Assembly: GCA_037386005.1 (NCBI GenBank)
Contig: JARRMM010000005.1
Span: 21,045-85,044 of the forward strand
Source of the DNA: Deinococcales bacterium
GTDB lineage: Bacteria; Deinococcota; Deinococci; Deinococcales; Trueperaceae
DNA length: 64,000 nt
Direction: 5' to 3'
Position 1 is the stretch's first letter; each line of letters starts with the position of its first letter. Shown piece by piece: positions 51,578-59,965 of the stretch. Under the pieces are notes generated by a model. That model was not told the DNA's origin. It ran no database searches and saw only the letters and a list, made by a program, of their open reading frames with translations. The position numbers and the translations under genes are program-made.

Positions 51578-53011
51578 ATGACGAACCGTACGACGACGAG
51601 CCTCTGGACCGCCGTTCGGGCGAGGCGGCCGCAGCGATCCATGCTGGCCGCGCTCGTCGCGGCGCTGCTGGTCCTCGGCCTGCTCGGCTCGACGGCGAGC
51701 GCCGCGGGCCGTCTCGCCTTCGCGCCGGATCACGGCCCGGTCGGCACCGCGGTGACGGCGCAGGCCTCGGGCCTGACCCCGGGCGCGCACCTGACGCTGG
51801 TGTGGCAGACGGCCGATGCGTCGTGGCAGGTGGGGGATGGCGCCTTCAACGGCGTGCGCGCCTCCACCGTCGAGCGCACCCTGGGCGACGGGGTGGTCCG
51901 CGCGGACGGGACCCTGACCCTCCACTTCACCGTGCCCGAGGACTACGGCTACACCCACAACCTGTTCCTGCTCGACGCCCAGGGGAACCGGGTCGCGCGG
52001 CAGGGCTTCGTGGTCTCCCCGCACCTCACCGTCACGCCCACCTCGGGTCCCGTGGGCACGCCGATCCATATCCGCTTCACGGGCCTCGGCTACCGCTTCT
52101 ACCATCTCGCCTGGCACCTGCTGTACGACGGTGGCAACACCGGCATCCTGACGGGGCTCAGCACCCATGGAACGGCCGAGGCCACCATCCCGGCGACGGG
52201 AACGGTGGGGCCACACACGCTGCAGGTGATCGTGGGCACGCACTCCATCCCGTACCTCAACGAGCAGCAGGCTCCCATCTACATCCCCCAGGTCCCGCTG
52301 GTCGAGAGCGCCGTGTTCAGGGTCACGAGTGGGCCGGCGGTCACGCGATCGGCGGCCTCGCAGGACCTCCCCCGGACGCCCGGGAGCGCCGCATCGGCGA
52401 CGGGCGGCAGCACCCCGTCGTTGTCGCTCGACTACACCTCGGGGACGGTGGGGAGCCCGACGGTGCTCCGCGGGCACGGCTTCCCACCCGCCAGCAAGGT
52501 GACGTTGACCTGGAGCACGGTGGTCGGCAACCGCATCTCGGGAGCCGGCTGGCAGGAGTCGACGCGCCCCTTCGCGACCGTCACCAGCGGCGCGGACGGC
52601 GGCTTCGCCTACCGCTTCGACACGCCCGACGACCTCGGCGGCGTCCACCACATCGTGGCGACGGCGGGGAACGCCAGGGCGGCGGCGAGCTACACCATCG
52701 AGCCGTCGGCCTTCGAGGTCTCACCGCGGACGGTCGCACCCGGGGGCGACCTCACCGTTCACCTCAAGGGCGTCGGTTGGACCGCCACCGCCAACATCTA
52801 CACGCTGGTGATGGACAACAGCCTGTTCGGCTACGCCTGCGGCTTCAGCCTCTACCCGTCCATCTACAAGGGGGATCTCAAGGGGCCGGGCGCGCCGACG
52901 AGCACCGCCAACGCCAACTACCTCCTGCTGCCGATGCTCAATGTCCTCGACCACCCGGGCGAACGGCTGCCCGCCTTCCAGCTCGCCTTCACGGTGTCGG
53001 GGAGCGGCTAG
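51578..53011 (+). CDS. Secreted protein with four IPT/TIG-like repeats
   Basis: Signal peptide ..MLAALVAALLVLGLLGSTASAA. Repeats start DHGPVGTAVTAQASGL, TSGPVGTPIHIRFTGLG, TSGTVGSPTVLRGHGF and PRTVAPGGDLTVHLKGVG. Confidence 0.65.
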   Translation: MTNRTTTSLWTAVRARRPQRSMLAALVAALLVLGLLGSTASAAGRLAFAPDHGPVGTAVTAQASGLTPGAHLTLVWQTADASWQVGDGAFNGVRASTVERTLGDGVVRADGTLTLHFTVPEDYGYTHNLFLLDAQGNRVARQGFVVSPHLTVTPTSGPVGTPIHIRFTGLGYRFYHLAWHLLYDGGNTGILTGLSTHGTAEATIPATGTVGPHTLQVIVGTHSIPYLNEQQAPIYIPQVPLVESAVFRVTSGPAVTRSAASQDLPRTPGSAASATGGSTPSLSLDYTSGTVGSPTVLRGHGFPPASKVTLTWSTVVGNRISGAGWQESTRPFATVTSGADGGFAYRFDTPDDLGGVHHIVATAGNARAAASYTIEPSAFEVSPRTVAPGGDLTVHLKGVGWTATANIYTLVMDNSLFGYACGFSLYPSIYKGDLKGPGAPTSTANANYLLLPMLNVLDHPGERLPAFQLAFTVSGSG

Positions 53012-53861
53012 GGCGGCGCTCGTCGGCCGTCGCGCGCGCCAGCTCCGCGCCCAGGAAGAAGATCTGTGCCGAGTAGTAGATCCACAGCAGCACGACGATG
53101 AGCGAGCCGGCCGCGCCGTAGGCCGAGGAGATGGCGTTGTGTCCCAGGTAGCGGCCGAGTAGCCACTTCCCGGCCGTGAACAGCAGGGCGGCGCCGACCG
53201 ACCCGGGCCAGACGTCGCGCCAGCGCACGGCTTTGTCCGGCAGGTAGCGGTACAGCACGCCGATGAGCAGCGCCGTGACCACGAAGGTCGCGCCGCCGTT
53301 GACGGCGCTGAGGAGCTCCGCCGGGACGCCGACGGTGTGGCTGAAGTAGCGATTGAACGCGGTGACGGCGGTGTTGAACAGGAGCGAGGCGAGCAGCAGG
53401 AAGCCGAGCGCGAACACCAGCGCGAAGGAGAGGAGGCGGTCGAGCACCACCTTCGCGATGCCGCCGCCGCGCTTGTGCCCGGCGCCCCAGATGGTGTTGA
53501 GGGCGCTCTTGAGCTGGGCCAGCACGGCCGAGGCTCCGAAGAGCAGCGCGCCGACCCCGACCGCCGAGGTGATCACGCCCGAGCTCGGGCGGTAGGCGCT
53601 GTAGGCGTTGTGGAACAGGGTACGGGCGAGGTCGGCGCCGGACGGCCCGACCAGCGTCTGGAGCTGAGCGATGAGCTCGCTCTGGATCTGCTGGCGGGCG
53701 AACACCAGGCTGGCGACGCCGACCGCGACCACCACCAACGGCGCCATCGAGAGCACGGTGTAGAAGGCCAGGGCCGCGCCCAGTCGCGGCACGCGGTGCT
53801 GCTGCCAGCCGCGCGCGGTGGCCCTGAGGACGCGCCAGGCGAAGCGGTGGGGGGAGTGCAT
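52989..53861 (-). CDS. YihY/BrkB family membrane protein
   Basis: MHSPHRFAWRVLRATARGWQQHRVPRLGAALAFYTVLSMAP.. and C-terminal ..GSLIVVLLWIYYSAQIFFLGAEL.. are family hallmarks. Start uncertain. Confidence 0.85.
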   Translation of the reverse strand: MHSPHRFAWRVLRATARGWQQHRVPRLGAALAFYTVLSMAPLVVVAVGVASLVFARQQIQSELIAQLQTLVGPSGADLARTLFHNAYSAYRPSSGVITSAVGVGALLFGASAVLAQLKSALNTIWGAGHKRGGGIAKVVLDRLLSFALVFALGFLLLASLLFNTAVTAFNRYFSHTVGVPAELLSAVNGGATFVVTALLIGVLYRYLPDKAVRWRDVWPGSVGAALLFTAGKWLLGRYLGHNAISSAYGAAGSLIVVLLWIYYSAQIFFLGAELARATADERRPSRSPTP

Positions 53862-54088
53862 CAGGGGGTCCCGTGCGGGCAAGGGGTGCGTGACGGGGCG
53901 GGCTCGAGCGGGCACCCCCACCGGCCGGGCCGGTCCGCGCGCGCGTCCGTCCTCGTTGTCGCCGTCGGTCGCGCCATGGCGCCTCCTCGTTGCCGCCAGG
54001 GTAGCGGTCTGCACCGCGGCGGGGCGTTGCCCGCCGGCACTCCGGTGTGGGGTTGCCGACACGCGGCACCTGCCTGCATCGGGGATTG

Positions 54089-54117
54089 TTGACAGTCTAA
54101 CTATTATCGCCTATATT
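54089..54117 (+). promoter_or_regulatory. Near-consensus sigma-70 promoter of the marR-MFS operon
   Basis: TTGACA (54089-54094), 17-nt spacer, TATATT (54112-54117), in the only AT-rich patch of the region. Confidence 0.75.
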
Positions 54118-54142
54118 GTTCCGCGTGAAAACGACTGGCCTC

Positions 54143-54616
54143 ATGAATGACGTGCTCCACGTGACGCGATCGGCGCGCCGTCTAGGACGCGCTCTCTCGT
54201 CGATCGCGGCGGAGCCTGTACAGCGAGCCTGCGGGCTCTCGTTGAAGGAGCTGATGGTGCTGCGAGCGTTCGAGGGCGAGTCCGCCCATCCCCACGAGCT
54301 GAGCGATCGCACCGGCACCGCCGCGCCGTTGGTCACGCGTGCGCTCGATCGGCTGAGCGAGCTCGGCTACGTGGAACGCCGGCCCGACACCGCCGACCGG
54401 CGCCGCGTCGTGGTGGTGGTGACCGGCGCCGGTGCCGACGCCAGCGCCGCGGGCTGGGACGCGCTCGGCGAGGTGCTGAAGCGCGCCTTCCGTGACGTGC
54501 CCGACGGCGCGTTCGCGCGGCTCGCCGAGGACATGGAGGCGCTCTCCCGGGTCGCCGAGGCGCAGCTCGACGCCGACCGGCTTGCCGAGCGCGATGCCGT
54601 GGGTGGCGGAGCATGA
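54143..54616 (+). CDS. MarR family transcriptional regulator
   Basis: ..LSLKELMVLRAFEGESAHPHELSDRTGTAAPLVTRALDRLSELGYVERRPDTADRRRVVVVVT.. is a wHTH of MarR type. Start ATG 54143 or in-frame GTG 54125; track TTG 54116 lies inside the -10 box. Confidence 0.85.
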   Translation: MNDVLHVTRSARRLGRALSSIAAEPVQRACGLSLKELMVLRAFEGESAHPHELSDRTGTAAPLVTRALDRLSELGYVERRPDTADRRRVVVVVTGAGADASAAGWDALGEVLKRAFRDVPDGAFARLAEDMEALSRVAEAQLDADRLAERDAVGGGA

Positions 54617-56196
54617 GGGCGACCGGAGCGCGCCGCCAGCCGCAGACCACCAACCGCATCACCGGAAACGCTCGCTGGTGGGCGCTCGGTGCGGTCCTGC
54701 TGTCGATGTTCTTCGCCTCGCTCGACCAGACGGTGGTCTCGACCGCCCTGCCGGTCATCGTCGGCGACCTCAAGGGGTTGAGCCTCTACGCCTGGGTGTT
54801 CACGGCCTACATGATGGCGTCCGCCATCACGGTGCCGATCTACGGCAAGCTCTCGGACCTCTACGGGCGCAAGCCGTTCTACATCTTCGGCCTGATCGTG
54901 TTCATGGTCGGCTCGGTCGTCAGCTCCAGCATCATCGGCCCGACGATCGGCGGCTGGATCACCGACCATCTCGGCTGGCGCTGGGTCTTCTACGTCAACC
55001 TGCCGGTCGCGGCGGCGGCCCTCATCGCCGTGCTCGTCACCTTGCCGCGGGTCCGTGTCGATCACCGCGTGAAGCTGGACTGGCGCGGCAGCGTCCTGAT
55101 GGCGATGGGCCTGGTCCCGCTGCTGCTGGCGCTGACCTGGGCTGGCGGTCAGTACGCCTGGGGCAGCTCCGTCGTCCTCGGGTTGTTCGCTGCCGCCGCG
55201 GTCTTCCTCGCTCTGTTCGTATGGAACGAGCGCCGGGCGGCGGAGCCGGTCCTCGACCCCAGCCTCTTCGCCAAGCCCATCTTCACCGTCACCGTGGTCG
55301 TCGCGTTGTTCGTCACCATGGGCATGTTCGGCACGCTCATGTTCCTGCCGCTCTACGTGCAGGGAGTCGTGGGGATGTCGGCGCAGAGCTCGGGCGAGGT
55401 GCTCACCCCGATGATGCTCAGCTTCATCGTCGGCAGTGTCGGTTCCGGCTGGCTCATGTCCCGGACCGGCCGCTACAAGCTGCTGGCCGTCCTGGGAGCC
55501 CTGTTCATGGTGGGCGGGATGGTGCTGTTCAACCTCATGGGCGTCGACACCACCTGGCCCACCGTGGTCCGCAACATGATCGTGATGGGCGTCGGCATCG
55601 GTACCCTGTTGCCGCTGCTGAACGTGGCCGTGCAGAACGCCTTCCCCTACAAGATCATGGGCGTGGTCAACGCCACCCAGCAGTTCGTGCGCTCGCTCGG
55701 CGGCGTCATCATCGCGCCGATCCTCGGCACGGTGCTGGCACGCGGATTCGTGGGCAGCTTCCAGGCCGCCCTGCCGGGCCCGCTCAGGCAGATGCTGCAG
55801 TCGCTCCCGCCGGCCCAGCGGGCCGCCATGAACGACCCCCAGGGGTTGATCAGCTCGCAGGCGCAGGAGGCGATCCGCTCGAGCTTCGCCCGCTTCGGCG
55901 CCCAGGGGCAGACGCTCTACGAGCAGTTCGTGCACGCGGTCCGCGTCGGCCTCGACCATGGCATGGGCGAGATCTTCACGGTCGGTTTGGTGGTGGCGAT
56001 CCTGGCGTTCCTCTCGACCTTCCTGCTGCCCGAGATCGGCCTCAAGCACGACGAGTTCTTCGACATGGACGAGGCCCCGCTCGACCGCGGGGAGCCGGGC
56101 GACGTCGAGGCGCGCGAGCGGCCGGCGGAGCGTCCCGCCGCGCCCAGCGGCGCGGCCGGGCCGTCGCGCTTCGAGCCCGCCGACGCGGAGTCTTGA
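54613..56196 (+). CDS. DHA2 (EmrB/QacA-type) MFS efflux transporter, apparently lacking ~50 aa around TM3-TM5
   Basis: ..FFASLDQTVVSTALPVIVGDL.., GKLSDLYGRKP, WRWVFYVNLP. ATGA overlap with marR stop. VGSVVSSSIIGPTIGGW joins what are normally separate TM3 and TM5 segments. Confidence 0.8.
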   Translation: MRATGARRQPQTTNRITGNARWWALGAVLLSMFFASLDQTVVSTALPVIVGDLKGLSLYAWVFTAYMMASAITVPIYGKLSDLYGRKPFYIFGLIVFMVGSVVSSSIIGPTIGGWITDHLGWRWVFYVNLPVAAAALIAVLVTLPRVRVDHRVKLDWRGSVLMAMGLVPLLLALTWAGGQYAWGSSVVLGLFAAAAVFLALFVWNERRAAEPVLDPSLFAKPIFTVTVVVALFVTMGMFGTLMFLPLYVQGVVGMSAQSSGEVLTPMMLSFIVGSVGSGWLMSRTGRYKLLAVLGALFMVGGMVLFNLMGVDTTWPTVVRNMIVMGVGIGTLLPLLNVAVQNAFPYKIMGVVNATQQFVRSLGGVIIAPILGTVLARGFVGSFQAALPGPLRQMLQSLPPAQRAAMNDPQGLISSQAQEAIRSSFARFGAQGQTLYEQFVHAVRVGLDHGMGEIFTVGLVVAILAFLSTFLLPEIGLKHDEFFDMDEAPLDRGEPGDVEARERPAERPAAPSGAAGPSRFEPADAES

Positions 56197-56266
56197 CCCG
56201 AGTCCTGACCCGGGCCCGGATCTGGTCCCGGATCCGAGTCCTGATATCGAGCCCGTCCTAGACGGA

Positions 56267-56295
56267 GTCCCGGCAGCCTGAACGGCGGCCGGGAC
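56267..56295 (+). terminator. Stem-loop after the MFS gene
   Basis: Stem GTCCCGGC / GCCGGGAC with a 13-nt loop, followed by TTGTTCG. Confidence 0.45.
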
Positions 56296-56352
56296 TTGTT
56301 CGTGGGCGTTCGCGGATGAGAGATCGAGGCTCGGGCTCTCACAGTGTATACA

Positions 56353-56377
56353 TGTGTGTCGCGTATACCGAGGCACA
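56353..56377. promoter_or_regulatory. Imperfect inverted repeat around GTATAC upstream of the liv-type operon
   Basis: GTGTGTCGCG-TATAC-CGAGGCACAC (8/10 arm matches). A second GTATAC lies at 56345-56350. AT-richer than its surroundings. Confidence 0.35.
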
Positions 56378-56614
56378 CGCATCGTCGGTTCCGTGCGCTC
56401 CCGTCGCACGCCGTTGCAGGCCCACGAAGGTGGGTCGCGGTACCCGTCCGTTCCGTTCCCTTCGAAAGGGGTGAGCGATGCGCAGCCTGCCCGTCCACGG
56501 ACCCACGTCGCCGTCCGACGCCCGCCCACCCGGTGGCCCCATGGCCCGGAGCGAACGGCGCGAGGCGTCCTCGCCACCGGCCGGCCGCGCCACCGTGCGG
56601 GGACGGCGCCCAGC

Positions 56615-57490
56615 ATGAGCATCCTGCTCCTCTCCATCGGGTTCGGGCTGATCACCGCCTCGGTCATCGCCATCGCCGGGGTGGGGCTCTCACTCCAGTT
56701 CGGCGTCACCAACTTCGTCAACTTCGCCTACGGCGATTTCATGACCCTCGGCATGTACCTGACGCTGCTGTTCGGTTCCGTGCTGGGGCTCAACGTCTTC
56801 GAGGCCCTGCCGCTGGTCGTGCTCTGTACCGGCCTGGCCGGGGTCATCACCAACCGCCTGGTGCTCGACTCCTTCACGCGCCGCGGCTCCAACCCGATCA
56901 TCCTGCTGATCGCCACCATCGGGGTCTCGCTCATCATCCAGAGCGGGCTGCTCGCGGTGTGGGGGTCCCAGTTCCAGAAGTTCGCACTCGGCGCCAGCCA
57001 GCCCCTGCACGTGGGACCGTTCATCTTCACCCCGCGCCAGCTCGTCATCCTGGGCATCGCCGTCCTGGCGATGATCGTCATCCATGTCCTGCTGCGCTAC
57101 ACGCGTCTGGGCAAGGCCATGCGGGCCATGTCCGACCGGCGGACGCTGGCGCGCATCGTCGGCATCAATACCGGCTGGCTCACCGACTGGACATGGTTCA
57201 TCAGCACGGCGATGGCCGGCCTGGCGGGCGTGGTGCTGGCCATCAACACGGCCAGCTTCACCCCCTTCACGGGCTTCGGCTTCCTACTCGTCATCTTCGC
57301 GGCCGTCATCGTGGGCGGCATCGGGAAGCCGTACGGGGCCATGCTCGGCGCGCTCATCATCGGGGTCATCACCTCGGTGGCCGCGTCGTACATGGACTCG
57401 GCCTACAAGGACGCCATCGCCTTCGCCGTACTCATCGGCGTCCTGCTGGTGCGGCCGGAGGGCATCTTCGCCTCCCGGGGGCGCTGCTGA
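56615..57490 (+). CDS. livH: Branched-chain amino acid-type ABC permease (LivH-like)
   Basis: MSILLLSIGFGLITASVIAIAGVGLSLQFGVTNFVNFAYGDFMTLG.. is typical of LivH. The track ORF has a spurious 5' extension. Confidence 0.88.
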   Translation: MSILLLSIGFGLITASVIAIAGVGLSLQFGVTNFVNFAYGDFMTLGMYLTLLFGSVLGLNVFEALPLVVLCTGLAGVITNRLVLDSFTRRGSNPIILLIATIGVSLIIQSGLLAVWGSQFQKFALGASQPLHVGPFIFTPRQLVILGIAVLAMIVIHVLLRYTRLGKAMRAMSDRRTLARIVGINTGWLTDWTWFISTAMAGLAGVVLAINTASFTPFTGFGFLLVIFAAVIVGGIGKPYGAMLGALIIGVITSVAASYMDSAYKDAIAFAVLIGVLLVRPEGIFASRGRC

Positions 57491-58515
57491 TGGCGGCGCT
57501 CAGCTACTACGCCACCGTGCTGGCGATCTTCGCTTGCATCTACGGCATCATCACCGTCGGCCTCAACATCCAGTGGGGCTTCGCCGGGATCCTCAACTTC
57601 GGCGTCTACGCGTTCGTCGCCATCGGGGCCTACACCTACGGGCTGTTCACGCTGGGCAAGCCGATCGCCGGCGCCGGCCAGACCTACGTGCTGGGGATCC
57701 ACGCACCATTCGTCGTTGGCCTGCTGGCGGCTGCCGTGGCAGGAGGCCTCGTCGCCTGGCTCCTCGGCGCGGTGGCGTTGCGGCGCCTACGCAGCGACTA
57801 CCTGGCGATCACGACCATCGCGTTCAGCCAGATCCTGTGGCTGATCGCAGGCAACGAGACCTGGCTCGTCAACGGCTGGGACGGCATCTCGGGGATCCCT
57901 CAGCCGTTCAACGGCTGGTTGAAGCTGTCGTTCAACGACTACAACTTCTTCTTCCTGGCGCTCAGCCTGGTGACGCTCGCCCTCGTCCTGTGGCTGGCCC
58001 AGGCCATCCTCCGGGCCCCCTTCGGGCGGATCCTGCGGGGCGTGCGCGAGGACGAGCTGGTGGTGGAGAGCTTCGGGCGCAACACCGCCTCGCTGAAGCT
58101 GCGTGCGTTCATCGCCGGCGCGGTGCTGGCCTCGATCGGCGGAGCGCTGCTCGCGGCGTACGTGGGCGCGTTCAACCCCAGCGCCTTCCTCGTGGGCGAG
58201 ACCTTCTTCGTGTGGGCGGCGTTGTTGATCGGCGGAAGCGGCAACAACTGGGGTGCGCTCCTCGGCGCGATCCTGGTGCCGGTGGTGTTCACCGAGGGGA
58301 CGCGGTTCCTCCCGAACATCCCCTCCAACCCCCAGCTCATCGAGGCGTTCCGCTACATCATCATCGGCCTGCTCCTGATCCTGACGCTGAAGTTCCGGCC
58401 GCAGGGGATCATCCCCGAACGTCCCGATCGGTTCCACCGTGCTGTGAAGCGCGATCGCAGGCCGAAAGGGACGTTCTCCGAGGCGACCAGCTCCGAGGAG
58501 CCGCCCCATGCTTGA
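57490..58515 (+). CDS. livM: Branched-chain amino acid-type ABC permease (LivM-like)
   Basis: ..GLNIQWGFAGILNFGVYAFVAIGAY.. and ..AITTIAFSQILWLIAGN..; ATG overlaps the livH stop (TGATG). Confidence 0.88.
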   Translation: MAALSYYATVLAIFACIYGIITVGLNIQWGFAGILNFGVYAFVAIGAYTYGLFTLGKPIAGAGQTYVLGIHAPFVVGLLAAAVAGGLVAWLLGAVALRRLRSDYLAITTIAFSQILWLIAGNETWLVNGWDGISGIPQPFNGWLKLSFNDYNFFFLALSLVTLALVLWLAQAILRAPFGRILRGVREDELVVESFGRNTASLKLRAFIAGAVLASIGGALLAAYVGAFNPSAFLVGETFFVWAALLIGGSGNNWGALLGAILVPVVFTEGTRFLPNIPSNPQLIEAFRYIIIGLLLILTLKFRPQGIIPERPDRFHRAVKRDRRPKGTFSEATSSEEPPHA

Positions 58516-59263
58516 GGTCCGGTCGGTGTCCAAGCGCTTCGGCGGGAACCGGGCGGTCGACGGCTGCTCCTTCACGGTGGAGGCGCAGACCAGCATCGGC
58601 CTCATCGGCCCCAACGGTGCAGGCAAGACCACCACCGTGAACCTGATCAGCGGGCGCATGCCCGTCGACCGCGGAAGCATCGTGTTCAAGGGGCAACCGA
58701 TCCAGAACCTGCCCATGTGGAAGGTCGCTCGGCGGGGCCTGACCCGGACGTTCCAGATCTCCCGCGAGCTGCGCGCCCTCACGGTCATGGAGAACATGCT
58801 GATCGCCGCGCAGCTTCAGCCCTTCGAGGGGATCGTGCAGACGGTCTTCGAGGTAGGGCGCATCCGTAGCGCGGAGAAGGACGGCGTCCGCAAGGCGTTC
58901 GAGCTGCTCGAGCTCTTCCAGCTCAGCCACCTCGCCAACGAGTACGCCGCCAACCTGAGCGGCGGCCAGAAGCGGCTGCTCGAGCTGGCACGCTCGCTCA
59001 TGACCGACCCGGAGCTGCTCATCCTCGACGAGCCCCTGGCCGGCGTGAACCCGACCACGGCTCGCAACATCGCCGAGTACATCGAGACGATGCGCGCGCG
59101 CGGCATCACGTTGCTGATCATCGAACACAACCTCAACATGGTCGAGCGCCTGTGCGAGCGCGTCATCGTCATGGCCGAGGGGAGCGTCCTGGCGGAGGGC
59201 AGCATGAAGCAGATCCGGGAGAACCCCGCCGTGGTCGACGCCTACCTGGGGACGGTGGTCTGA
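58508..59263 (+). CDS. livG: ABC transporter ATP-binding protein (LivG-like)
   Basis: Walker A GPNGAGKTT, signature LSGGQKRLLELAR, Walker B LLILDEP, C-terminal ..NPAVVDAYLG. Confidence 0.9.
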   Translation: MLEVRSVSKRFGGNRAVDGCSFTVEAQTSIGLIGPNGAGKTTTVNLISGRMPVDRGSIVFKGQPIQNLPMWKVARRGLTRTFQISRELRALTVMENMLIAAQLQPFEGIVQTVFEVGRIRSAEKDGVRKAFELLELFQLSHLANEYAANLSGGQKRLLELARSLMTDPELLILDEPLAGVNPTTARNIAEYIETMRARGITLLIIEHNLNMVERLCERVIVMAEGSVLAEGSMKQIRENPAVVDAYLGTVV

Positions 59264-59965
59264 ATGGCCCTGCTCGATGTGACGGCCCTGACCGCCGGGT
59301 ACGGCGACACCACCGTGTTGAGCGACGTCGCCATCACCGTGGAACCCGGCCAGGTGGTGAGCATCATCGGTCCCAACGGGGCGGGCAAGTCCACGCTGAT
59401 GAAGACGGTCTTCGGGTTGCTCAAGCCATCGAAGGGGACCGTCGCGTTCGAGGGCCGGGACATCACGGGGTGGGCCCCCGACCGCATCGTGCGCCTCGGC
59501 CTGTGCTACGTGCCGCAGGTGGAGAACACCTTCCCGAGCCTGACCGTCGAGGAGAACCTCGAGATGGGCGCCTTCACCTTGCGCGGCAGCAAGCGCGAGC
59601 GGCTCGAGCGGGTCTACGACATGTTCCCCGACCTCGCGGCGGCCAAGAGCCGGCCGGCGGGGAAGCTCTCCGGCGGTCAGCAGCACATGCTGGCGCTCGG
59701 GCTCGCCCTCATGCTGAGCCCGCGCCTCGTGATGATGGACGAACCGACGGCGGGCCTGTCCCCGAAGTTCGCGTCCTCGGCGCTGGAGCAGGTCCGCACC
59801 CTGCGCGCGGCCGGAGTGGCGGTCCTGCTGGTGGAGCAGAACGCCGCCGCGGCCCTGCAGCTATCGGACTGGGGATACGTGCTCGCGAGCGGGCAGAACC
59901 GCTTCCAGGACACTGGCCATGCCCTGCTGGACAACCCCGAGGTCTCGCGGCCGCCATGGGTGTGA
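59264..59965 (+). CDS. livF: ABC transporter ATP-binding protein (LivF-like)
   Basis: Walker A GPNGAGKST, signature LSGGQQHMLALG, Walker B LVMMDEP. C-terminus ..NPEVSRPPWV deviates from the usual ..V-x-x-AYLG ending. Confidence 0.88.
   Translation: MALLDVTALTAGYGDTTVLSDVAITVEPGQVVSIIGPNGAGKSTLMKTVFGLLKPSKGTVAFEGRDITGWAPDRIVRLGLCYVPQVENTFPSLTVEENLEMGAFTLRGSKRERLERVYDMFPDLAAAKSRPAGKLSGGQQHMLALGLALMLSPRLVMMDEPTAGLSPKFASSALEQVRTLRAAGVAVLLVEQNAAAALQLSDWGYVLASGQNRFQDTGHALLDNPEVSRPPWV

Noticed and set aside
59941-59960. Back-to-back restriction-type sites GGTCTC (BsaI), GCGGCCGC (NotI) and CCATGG (NcoI) exactly at the livF/gntR junction. This looked like a possible engineered cloning scar.
   Set aside because: GC-only 6-8-mers are expected many times by chance in DNA this GC-rich, and no vector-like flanks or other engineered features are visible. 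Kept only as a remark under the junction finding.
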